A stretch of 64,000 nucleotides of DNA from a virus (taxonomy: Duplodnaviria; Caudoviricetes): IMG/VR virus record IMGVR_UViG_3300017791_000021, positions 32,001-96,000 of that record; one strand, given 5' to 3'. Below are positions 44,822 to 53,256 of the stretch, piece after piece. The notes beneath the pieces are model-generated. The model made no database searches. It saw nothing but the letters and a program-made list of their open reading frames with translations, and had not been told where the DNA came from. The stretch's first letter is position 1; every line of letters starts with the position of its first letter. The translations under genes were made by a program, and so were the position numbers.

Positions 44822-45095
44822 TAGGCACTCTCACTTCTGTACCAGCCGCTATGTTATTCCAGTACATAATCTCTGGATTAGCATTAGCGATGCGCCACCA
44901 CTGAGTCTCATCACCGTAGGCAGAGTATGCCAGATAGTCTATCTGGTCTCCTAGCTGCCATGTGTAGGTACTAATACTATATGTGGTGGCGATGCTTGGA
45001 GGACTGATGACAATAGTAGAGCGAGTAATACCATTCGAATCTGTCAGCGGAATAACTGTGTTATCCGCATATCTGCTGTAAATACTAATTGACAT
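44814..45095 (-). CDS. LysM-like baseplate protein (gpX/gp53-like)
   Basis: GDQIDYLAY..YGDETQWWRIANANP. Confidence 0.85.
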   Translation of the reverse strand: MSISIYSRYADNTVIPLTDSNGITRSTIVISPPSIATTYSISTYTWQLGDQIDYLAYSAYGDETQWWRIANANPEIMYWNNIAAGTEVRVPSA

Positions 45096-45104
45096 GGTCT
45101 CTCC

Positions 45105-45905
45105 TTATCCGTTGTTCTTCTTCTTGGCAGTGTCAGATCTCTGGAATGGAAGAACAGTAAAGCTGACATTGATCGCACAGCGAGAGGGAACCATCTGCTG
45201 ATTGAAGTGAGTGTACGTAACATCGAATGTAGATACGTATCCTAAGTAGCTAAGCGCACCCAAAGAGTTATTACCAAAGATGAGCTTAGCTGGGATGAAC
45301 TGCATTGGTCCCTGTACGACTGTGTTGGCTACACCATCAATAGCAAATGGTGGGGCAACCTGTCCTGCCTGCTGTGACTGAGGAACCTGATAGTTGATTC
45401 CCATGAGGTTATAAAACGCTTCTACATCTGCGCGTACTCCGAATACACCAGCAATAGAGTCTTGATATTTGCTGTCCCACAACTCATATGTTCTATCGAA
45501 TAGCAATGAGAAGTTAATGGTTGTATTAAGAGATGTCGCGTAGGTACCAGGGTCGTCAGTACTTCTGGCATATGCGGGTAGCTGTCCGTTGTTAACGTCT
45601 AGAGAGCGTGTCTCTTGAATGGTGGAAGGGTTATACAGAAAGTTGACCTTGTACTGATAATGATCCTTCCACCCATCAATGATGTCAGCTCCAGCTAGGA
45701 GAACTCCACGGTGGAAGTTCTTTGTTCCAGCCCCAGGGTTGTAGTCGTCTTTTCTACCTGGTGGGTTGATTGTCTTATTCGCTCCACCAACAGCCAGGAT
45801 GTTGGGGTGGAACGGTGGATTCTGGAATACTATTGTTCCTGGCTTCCCCTTGATTACTGGGAATACATTTCCAGAGATTGGCTCTGTCGGTAACTTAGTA
45901 GCCAT
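45105..45905 (-). CDS. tube-initiator (CIS tube-like) protein
   Basis: FLYNPSTI, FSLLFDRT, V.YTHFNQQMVPSRC.INVSF. Confidence 0.75.
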   Translation of the reverse strand: MATKLPTEPISGNVFPVIKGKPGTIVFQNPPFHPNILAVGGANKTINPPGRKDDYNPGAGTKNFHRGVLLAGADIIDGWKDHYQYKVNFLYNPSTIQETRSLDVNNGQLPAYARSTDDPGTYATSLNTTINFSLLFDRTYELWDSKYQDSIAGVFGVRADVEAFYNLMGINYQVPQSQQAGQVAPPFAIDGVANTVVQGPMQFIPAKLIFGNNSLGALSYLGYVSTFDVTYTHFNQQMVPSRCAINVSFTVLPFQRSDTAKKKNNG

Positions 45906-48900
45906 TACTGTCCAATCTGTAGGTTCTTGATACGAAGCTGCTCATCAATTGCACTAACGATAGTCTTTCCAAGATCTTGAGCATCCTGAGCAGAACCAGT
46001 ATATGTGCTTGGCAGTGTGATATTGATATCACCAAATGAAATACTTCTACCGCCGCCAGTTCCCGCAGCCTTTTGTAGGTTAGGGTTAAATGTATTGTTC
46101 AAAAGTGTCTGACGAATTGTCTCAGCCTGTTGTGCAGGAATAATCATTTCGCCCTTGTGAACTGTAGCAGGCTGGTCCTTGTCAATATTCCAGGCACCTG
46201 CGGCATACCAGTTGTTCTTCTGGTGGAATGACCATGCAGCATCAGGACTCTTGTAGCGACCCTTGATGTAATCCATCATCCAACGTAGCTGAGTCTCACC
46301 TGAAGTCTTCCAGTCCTTACCAGCACTGTTGTACTTGCTAGCAGGAAGAGCCTGAGCTAGACCATAAGCACCTGAGCTTGGGTTAGTAGCGTGAACATCC
46401 CAACCAGCCTCAGACATCTCAAGAGCATTGAATGAATTCCATTGATCAGCCCAGCCGTACTTTCCTAGGAGAGCCTTGGCATACGCCTGTAGGTGTCCCT
46501 TAGCATTGCTTCCAGTAGCCTTAGGATTACTTCCTGTTCCTGCGCTTGTCACACTGCTTGAGGAGCTAGCCTGAGAAACCATAGGAATTCCTGCGGCTGA
46601 ACCAGCAAGAGCAGATGCGATAGCGGCTGCCTCACTTGTTCCAGACAGATTACCGATGTCTCCACCAGAAGTATTCTGTTGATTGTTCAGGTTACCACCA
46701 GAATTATCGGTGTTCTCATTCAGAAGAGAATTCATATTACCGATAGATCCAACAATACGCTTAGCGTTTGTGTACTCACTTGGATTAAGTGCACGGATCT
46801 TTACGTTCTCTCCAGGGTGCGGGGCCTCAATGATCTTTCCGCCACCGATAGACATAACAACGTGGTGAGCAGGGTCACCTACGAATAGAAGGTCACCAGG
46901 CTGTGTCTTGTTCGTAGGTACTGATGTACCAATCTTCTGCTGGTCAGCAGCAACACGCGGAATCTTTACTCCAGCCTTTCCAAATGCCCATTGAGTAAGA
47001 CCAGAACAGTCCATAGCCTTACCCGCAGTTTCGCCACCCCATACATAAGGAACGCCTAGCTGAGTCTCGGCATACTTGATGATCTGTGCCGCTGAGGCTG
47101 TAGTAGCTCCGGGAGTAGAAGAGTTTCTAGCAGAGTTACCACTAGTTCCGGTTACACCACCAGCGCCGGTAGCTCCACCGAAGATACCTGTAAGAGCACC
47201 TACACCAGCACCAACCGCAGCACCTACACCAGTTCCAATAACAGGAACTACGGAACCAATAGCTGCACCAGTAAGAGCACCTGTCGCTGTATCAACACCT
47301 ACGTGACTCCACTTGTTAGCCTTGCTTCCCTTCTTTGTGTATTTGTCTACCAACTTGGAACCAACGTAATGAGTTGCCAACGCGCCTACACCAAATGCAC
47401 CAGCAGCTCCTAGGGCACCAGCAGACAAGTCAAGTGCTCCCGCACCACCTGTACCAGCTACGCTCCATACTCCGTCAGCTCCCTGTGTCGCTCTCAGAGC
47501 GCCATTAGCTGTAGTAGCTGGACCGCCTCTTCCAAAGAGTCCACCCAAACGTCCCATGATGCCGCCTCCGCCCCCGAAAAGACGTGAGGCACCTAGGAGT
47601 CCAGCTCCCGCGCCAAAGGCGCTCCCAAAGCCACCCAGGGCGTTTGAGAAGGGTGCTAGGACACCCGACGCTCCACCGATTAGCTTATCCAATCCGGTGG
47701 ACTGTAGAAGGCTTGTAAGAGCCTGACTGAACTTGTTTACTGCTGAAGTAGCAGCATCGAATGCGGGAGCCAGAGAATTCAGAATGTCATTCTGTCGGGT
47801 AAGTCTTGTGGCATTCAAGTCCCTCTGATTCTCGAACATAGAAGAACCCATACCAGTTGTCTTGGCTAGCTGATTAACAGCAGATCTATTTCCGCCCGCA
47901 GCTTGTCCAAGTAGCTGGTAATACTTTGTCTCGGACATTCCCTTGTTCTGCGCAGTTACCTGTCCTTGCAGAACGTTACGGTATTCCTGAATGGTTCCCT
48001 GACTCCAGCCCAATTGTTGACCGAAGTACTGAAGGTTAACGTCAAGAGATCCACCCTGAGAAAGAGCGGCACTCAACTGCTTGTTAGTAATGTTCTGACT
48101 ACCGAATGTACGAGAGTAAATAGACTGAGCAATGTTGCCCATACTGTTCTTTACTCCGCCACCTAGATAAGGATTAGCCAATCCTAGAGCAGGAGCTACA
48201 TAGGCTGCACGAGCTGAATAAGTCTGCTGTGCTGCTAGCGCTCCACCTGCGGCACCCTGAGTTGGGTTAGCGTATGCGAAGCCACCTGCTTGTCGCATTC
48301 CAGACGTGAAAGCAGGATTAGCTTGTCCATTAAATTGTGGAGCACCGAATGTGTACTGATTGATATAACCAGCCTTAGCAGCGTCAGTAGCATTCAGCGC
48401 AGCATAGTTGTTATTGAAAGCTTGTGCTCTTGCCACACGGTTAGCAGCCTGGAAATTACTTCCCTGGAATCCACCAGCAGTAGCGGCTTGGGTTCCAAAA
48501 TAATCCAACTGGAAATTGGAAGCCATGTTCTTGTTTGCGTAGTTAACCAGAGCGGAAGCAGTTCCCGCTACAGCAGCTACACCAGCAGACAGTCTGGACA
48601 TACCTGCGAGACTTCCGAAGCTTCCGCCTCCTCCGTTAGAGGAACCTCCACCTAGAGAGCCGACTGTAAATCTACCGCCACCACCATTAGATCCATAGTT
48701 ATTGCGGTTGGAATTCATATTCCAGATGCCACCGTTACCACCTGAGTTATTTCCCCCGGCAGCACGAGTAGCGCCGTTAACCCCTGTTGAAAGGTTCCCG
48801 ACGCTCTGTGTAAGCTTGTTAACTTGTGTCGATAAAGAATCAACCGCCTGCTGTAGACCGTTGGTCCCCAACAAGCGGCTGGCTCCGATGTTATTTTCCT

Positions 48901-48907
48901 CAGCCAC
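45905..48907 (-). CDS. tape measure protein with NlpC/P60 and lytic transglycosylase domains
   Basis: Gly/Ala-rich body; GVPYVWGG..DCSGL..PGDL..HHV; SEAGW..ATNPSSGAYGLAQALP; VHKGEMIIPA. Confidence 0.9.
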   Translation of the reverse strand: MAEENNIGASRLLGTNGLQQAVDSLSTQVNKLTQSVGNLSTGVNGATRAAGGNNSGGNGGIWNMNSNRNNYGSNGGGGRFTVGSLGGGSSNGGGGSFGSLAGMSRLSAGVAAVAGTASALVNYANKNMASNFQLDYFGTQAATAGGFQGSNFQAANRVARAQAFNNNYAALNATDAAKAGYINQYTFGAPQFNGQANPAFTSGMRQAGGFAYANPTQGAAGGALAAQQTYSARAAYVAPALGLANPYLGGGVKNSMGNIAQSIYSRTFGSQNITNKQLSAALSQGGSLDVNLQYFGQQLGWSQGTIQEYRNVLQGQVTAQNKGMSETKYYQLLGQAAGGNRSAVNQLAKTTGMGSSMFENQRDLNATRLTRQNDILNSLAPAFDAATSAVNKFSQALTSLLQSTGLDKLIGGASGVLAPFSNALGGFGSAFGAGAGLLGASRLFGGGGGIMGRLGGLFGRGGPATTANGALRATQGADGVWSVAGTGGAGALDLSAGALGAAGAFGVGALATHYVGSKLVDKYTKKGSKANKWSHVGVDTATGALTGAAIGSVVPVIGTGVGAAVGAGVGALTGIFGGATGAGGVTGTSGNSARNSSTPGATTASAAQIIKYAETQLGVPYVWGGETAGKAMDCSGLTQWAFGKAGVKIPRVAADQQKIGTSVPTNKTQPGDLLFVGDPAHHVVMSIGGGKIIEAPHPGENVKIRALNPSEYTNAKRIVGSIGNMNSLLNENTDNSGGNLNNQQNTSGGDIGNLSGTSEAAAIASALAGSAAGIPMVSQASSSSSVTSAGTGSNPKATGSNAKGHLQAYAKALLGKYGWADQWNSFNALEMSEAGWDVHATNPSSGAYGLAQALPASKYNSAGKDWKTSGETQLRWMMDYIKGRYKSPDAAWSFHQKNNWYAAGAWNIDKDQPATVHKGEMIIPAQQAETIRQTLLNNTFNPNLQKAAGTGGGRSISFGDINITLPSTYTGSAQDAQDLGKTIVSAIDEQLRIKNLQIGQ

Positions 48908-48946
48908 TTGAACTCTCCTTGAGTGAAGTTGTTACTTTCAATTATA

Positions 48947-49183
48947 TTACCTGTATGGCATTCCACCGAAAGTAACGCCTTCTCCCACGGAGCGCGTAAT
49001 GACTTGAGTTGAGTTATTAGCTTGGTGCATTCTTTCGTACTCTTGCTCCAGCTTATAGACGTATCTCTTTATCCAATGCTTACGTTCTCTATAAGTGAGC
49101 TTTCTAGATTCAGAAAGAGGCCAATGGAATGCATCAACTAATTGTTCGTACTCTTTATATAGGTTCTGATAATCAGAGTTCAC
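48947..49183 (-). CDS. tail chaperone second ORF (DUF6760-like)
   Basis: LYKEYEQLVDAFHWPLSE..L..RERKHW; +1 frame overlap with upstream gene. Confidence 0.7.
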   Translation of the reverse strand: MNSDYQNLYKEYEQLVDAFHWPLSESRKLTYRERKHWIKRYVYKLEQEYERMHQANNSTQVITRSVGEGVTFGGMPYR

Positions 49184-50036
49184 GAAACAGGATACCCACA
49201 TTTAGTGGGACAGGGACCTCTCCTTCACAAGATGAGCAAAGGGCAGAGACCTTGTCATATCGTGGACCTGGTTGATTGTCATAAATATATTCCTGAAGAG
49301 TCTTTCTGTCTGCAAGTCCTAGCTTCTTCACATCAGCTAGACCGTTGGACTGTCGCTCTGTGCCGTCTGCCTCAATGAATGAGATAACACACTCGGCAAG
49401 AGTAAGAGAATTCATCTCAGGAATCGTTAGGTTATTCTTGAAGATTTCGTTCTGGACAGCTCCAGTTGGAAATTGAATCTTAGCCTTACGTCCCTTACGA
49501 AGGTCTATAAGGAACTCCCTAGTTTCAGGGTCCTCTAACTCCTTAGTAGGAATGTCCTTCAGGTTCAGCTCAAGGTCATTCAGTTCATTGCAGTGCGGAC
49601 ACTCAATCTCATAAACCTCAAACTCATCACCGAAAGTAGCTCTACGAATACCTAGCATAAGCATGTCTAGGTCACCCTGTAGCAGAGTGTCTAGCAGAGC
49701 GGGGGTGGCTTCTTTACCACCAACTGAAACTGTTCCACATAGGAGAAGTGTGTTTACGTACTTGGCAGCGTTGTTAGACAAACGAGCCTTAGCCAACTTC
49801 TCCTCGTGCTCACCAGTCAGTTCACGAACTTCAGCTTCCTGATGAACTTTGCCGTCAATAACAATACCCGCAGGCAGCTTGATAACTGTGTCGGGGATAT
49901 CGTCAATGACAGGGGCAGGATTCATTGACTGCAAAACCTTCTTCGTAAGTGAATTAAGGTCTGCTGTCTCTGTGGTTAGTACCTGCCCCTGATCATCGTC
50001 AAAGGTCATAGAATACTGAGGCATCTGGTGTTCCAT
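49173..50036 (-). CDS. tail/baseplate assembly chaperone with two CxxC motifs
   Basis: VRELTGEHEE, GDLDMLMLGIRRATFG, CPHC, CSSC; between tube and TMP. Confidence 0.8.
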   Translation of the reverse strand: MEHQMPQYSMTFDDDQGQVLTTETADLNSLTKKVLQSMNPAPVIDDIPDTVIKLPAGIVIDGKVHQEAEVRELTGEHEEKLAKARLSNNAAKYVNTLLLCGTVSVGGKEATPALLDTLLQGDLDMLMLGIRRATFGDEFEVYEIECPHCNELNDLELNLKDIPTKELEDPETREFLIDLRKGRKAKIQFPTGAVQNEIFKNNLTIPEMNSLTLAECVISFIEADGTERQSNGLADVKKLGLADRKTLQEYIYDNQPGPRYDKVSALCSSCEGEVPVPLNVGILFREL

Positions 50037-50083
50037 ACGTTCTCCAAATATTGTCACGAAAGATTAGTACTCATTCTAGCCTA

Positions 50084-50659
50084 TTAGAAGCTAACGCCTG
50101 AAAGACCAATCTTAGAGGCTAGCTTGAAGTCAAAGCCCTCGTGAGCTAGAGAAAGCTGCTGCATAAGAACTGCGTTAGCTCCTGCGTCTAGGTCAGAGAA
50201 TGCGATGCTTGTTGGCCATGCATTGTAGATGCGATAGATAGCCTTTACCGGAACGGTAGAGGTTGTAACCGGGTGATCAAGCACCATAACATCTACAGTG
50301 GCGCGGAAGTCCTTACCGGGAGAACCTGTACCAGTTCCCTGCATAACTGTAAAGAGTTCCTTCATCCACTGCCACATAGGACCTGAACCTACAGCAACCC
50401 CCTGAGATAGGGTGATAGGTGCGAAATCGGACTGTCCGGGCATTTTCTGCGTAGTGGTATTCATTCCACCCTCACGGTACGGAATTACCTCAGTGGTAAT
50501 ATTCAGACCGGAAACGGTCATGAATCCCATTGTGGCAAAGCCCTTAATGTTCGGGTGCATAATATTTACATTGAACTTGAAATTACGAAGTGGGTCCGTA
50601 GCCAAGTGGGCAATAGATGGAGTTGCCTTAGCTAGGGGCGCGGCGTTAGACGTAGCCAT
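50084..50659 (-). CDS. tail tube protein (T4 gp19-like)
   Basis: DPLRNFKF, VSGL..TEVIPYREGG, ITLSQG, YNAWP, LAHEG. Confidence 0.92.
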   Translation of the reverse strand: MATSNAAPLAKATPSIAHLATDPLRNFKFNVNIMHPNIKGFATMGFMTVSGLNITTEVIPYREGGMNTTTQKMPGQSDFAPITLSQGVAVGSGPMWQWMKELFTVMQGTGTGSPGKDFRATVDVMVLDHPVTTSTVPVKAIYRIYNAWPTSIAFSDLDAGANAVLMQQLSLAHEGFDFKLASKIGLSGVSF

Positions 50660-50670
50660 TTAGTTACTCC

Positions 50671-52572
50671 TTAGGATGAAGTGGTTGAAGAAGAGGCCAT
50701 CTGGTTAATATCGATAACGATGAACTCAGCAGGACTATTCAGAGCCAATCCAACCTGAATGTGAACTTCTCCAGCAGCGATAGATGTTGGAGTGTTGTTA
50801 CTTGCGTCGCACTGTACAAAGTAAGCAGCGTCTGCTGTGTCTCCTTGAAGAACACCAGTCTGCCAAATTCCCTGCAAGTACTGAGTAACAATTGCGCTCA
50901 AGGTTGCCCACAGAGTGGAGTTGTTGTTTTCGAAGATAGCTACCTGAGTGATCTGCTGTAGCGTCTCTGTGATATTCATCAAGGTACGCTGAATAGATAC
51001 GTAGCGGTTTGGCTGATTAGGAAGAAGTGTTCTTGCTCCCATTACACAGAACCCATAGCTGGAAACGTTACGAATAATGTTTACTCCGTTAGCGTTTAGC
51101 GTATCCAGGTTGCTGTTCTGGAAGGCTAGCTCTACTCCAGCACATCTCTGGACTGGAATGGTTACACCAGCAGGAGACTTCTGTACGCCATACTGCGCGT
51201 CTGTCTGAGAGTAAAGACCTAGAACAGCTCCACCAGGTGGAAGCTTTCTAGTAGCGCCTGGTGTAGTAGAAATAGGATCTGGGATTTCTACCCAAGGTGC
51301 GTAAACCGCAACAGTTGGGGAAGGAACAATCTCAGCATTTCCTACTACCATTGCCAGGTAGTTATTCACAGTGGCAGACTCAGAAGGAGTTACACCGTCA
51401 GAACCAATGATAGCCTGCGGAGCGTCTACAACCACAAAGATGTTTGGCTGTGTATTTGTCCAGGCCAGAATTGGATTCAGGGTTAGTGTGTCGGTAACAC
51501 CTGGAAGGTTAAGGTCCAAGTTTGTCTCAATGGTTGACAGTCTTTGTGTGGCTGTCAGAAGACTTGGAGTTCCTACACCATCAGATCCACTGGCAAGAGC
51601 AGTAGCGCTCTGTAGACGTGGTGTGATGTCTGTTGTCCAAGTTGTGTAAGTACCTAGGTCTGCTGCCTGAACGTACTTTGATCCTAGCAATGTGGAGTTA
51701 AGCATAGCCACTGCGTAACGCTGGTCAGTACGATTCATAGTTACGTCAAGGAATCTCTCAACGATATTTGAATCAGCGGTTCCACCGTAGCGAATGATTA
51801 CGTTAAAGCGACCTGCACCAGTTGTGCTATCAGTAATATCTACGTAAACGCTGTTACCCCATGCACCTACAGATACACAGGAAAGCTTAAGGATAGGAAC
51901 TGGGGTACCAGTATCGTTGAACGTAGGAATTGGTCCGGCTGGTGTGTAAGAACCGTCGTCAGTAAAGGTAACGGTTGGTGCTGTTACAGAGCTTAGAAGA
52001 AGCGGTGTAGAAGTAGGACCATCAAGAGTCAGGTTTCTACGATAAACCTTGTAACCAGTAATTGTTCCTGTGGCAGCAGTCCAGTTAAGAACTACCTTGT
52101 TTGTAGCAGTTAGTACTTGGTTAGCTACAGCAGTAACCGGAGTTCCACCATCTGTTTCCCCACCAGCAGTTGTGGTAGTAACGGTGTACTCGTAAGTGTA
52201 GGAAGGAGTTACAGTACCGCCAGGAGTGGCTGTAACGCCCGCAGGAGGCTGTACAGCGCCTACACCATCTTCACGGTCATCTAGTGTCTGAGTGGCTGTT
52301 ACAGCGTCAGAGGCAGCCGCGCGTACGATGTACGCCTGGTTACCATTGTTAGCGAAGTACTGCCATACAGCGAATGGTAGGAAATTGGTTGCATTACCAA
52401 ATCCACCATAAATGTTTAGGAAGTCATTCCAACTTGTAATAAGGGTTGGGGCTGTAGGTCCCTGAGAGTGAACACCCACGAAGGCAGCCGTAGATTGCCC
52501 GGGGGAAGTTGTTCCCGTAGACAACGGAGTTAGTGAGGTATTTACGTATACCCCTGGACGCTGATAAGTCAT
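50671..52572 (-). CDS. tail sheath protein
   Basis: YQRPGVYV, YFANNG, YAPW, PPGGAVLG, KSPAG, GARTL, FENN, PAEFIVI. Confidence 0.95.
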   Translation of the reverse strand: MTYQRPGVYVNTSLTPLSTGTTSPGQSTAAFVGVHSQGPTAPTLITSWNDFLNIYGGFGNATNFLPFAVWQYFANNGNQAYIVRAAASDAVTATQTLDDREDGVGAVQPPAGVTATPGGTVTPSYTYEYTVTTTTAGGETDGGTPVTAVANQVLTATNKVVLNWTAATGTITGYKVYRRNLTLDGPTSTPLLLSSVTAPTVTFTDDGSYTPAGPIPTFNDTGTPVPILKLSCVSVGAWGNSVYVDITDSTTGAGRFNVIIRYGGTADSNIVERFLDVTMNRTDQRYAVAMLNSTLLGSKYVQAADLGTYTTWTTDITPRLQSATALASGSDGVGTPSLLTATQRLSTIETNLDLNLPGVTDTLTLNPILAWTNTQPNIFVVVDAPQAIIGSDGVTPSESATVNNYLAMVVGNAEIVPSPTVAVYAPWVEIPDPISTTPGATRKLPPGGAVLGLYSQTDAQYGVQKSPAGVTIPVQRCAGVELAFQNSNLDTLNANGVNIIRNVSSYGFCVMGARTLLPNQPNRYVSIQRTLMNITETLQQITQVAIFENNNSTLWATLSAIVTQYLQGIWQTGVLQGDTADAAYFVQCDASNNTPTSIAAGEVHIQVGLALNSPAEFIVIDINQMASSSTTSS

Positions 52573-52620
52573 TAATATCTCCTAGCTAATTGAAAGTAGT
52601 GGCTACTATCAGTATATAGA

Positions 52621-53241
52621 TTAGACTTGTGGCGGTAAGATCTCGATAGTGTCCACAACTGTCGTAACCTTAGAGTAGGTGCTGATTTCAACAGGAAGCA
52701 ATTCTGTTGAAACTCTTACAGTGTAAATCGTATGGAAGATTCTCTTTCCATCCGTGTCATGCGTATTCTGTCTTTCAGGCCCTGACATAAGATCTAGTCT
52801 TCGCACAGTGCCATCTTCCTCAATAGCCAGATATCCGTGACGAGTGCTCAAGTAGTCTGGACCCATCAATACAGCGGAGAGGAAAGTAGAGTGTTGATTA
52901 TTTCTTGAAAGCACTTCTATTTGATAATCAATATTATACGGGATAGGAGTGAAAGCCCAGTATGGCGATTCGGTAACGTCATTATTGTCATCCGTAATCC
53001 AGTCTGGGAAATTCTCGGGTGTATACGGGAGCTGTGCCCAACCTGCATGAGCACGCTCCGCGTCAAATGAAATTCCTGTGTTCGCAATAACGATAGACGG
53101 GTAAGTCAGGTTGGTTAGCTCTACATCAGAGTCTAGCCAGATAACCTGAACAGGTCTTCCCGTATCTGGTGCGTTCACATCAGTTACTACTAGGTTGGAG
53201 AACTTCTGCTTCATAGCTTTGTCCTCATTGAACAGAATCAT
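52621..53241 (-). CDS. tail terminator / sheath-capping protein
   Basis: YPSI...P.NIDYQI; immediately upstream of sheath. Confidence 0.65.
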   Translation of the reverse strand: MILFNEDKAMKQKFSNLVVTDVNAPDTGRPVQVIWLDSDVELTNLTYPSIVIANTGISFDAERAHAGWAQLPYTPENFPDWITDDNNDVTESPYWAFTPIPYNIDYQIEVLSRNNQHSTFLSAVLMGPDYLSTRHGYLAIEEDGTVRRLDLMSGPERQNTHDTDGKRIFHTIYTVRVSTELLPVEISTYSKVTTVVDTIEILPPQV

Positions 53242-53256
53242 AAGTTCTCCAATAGA

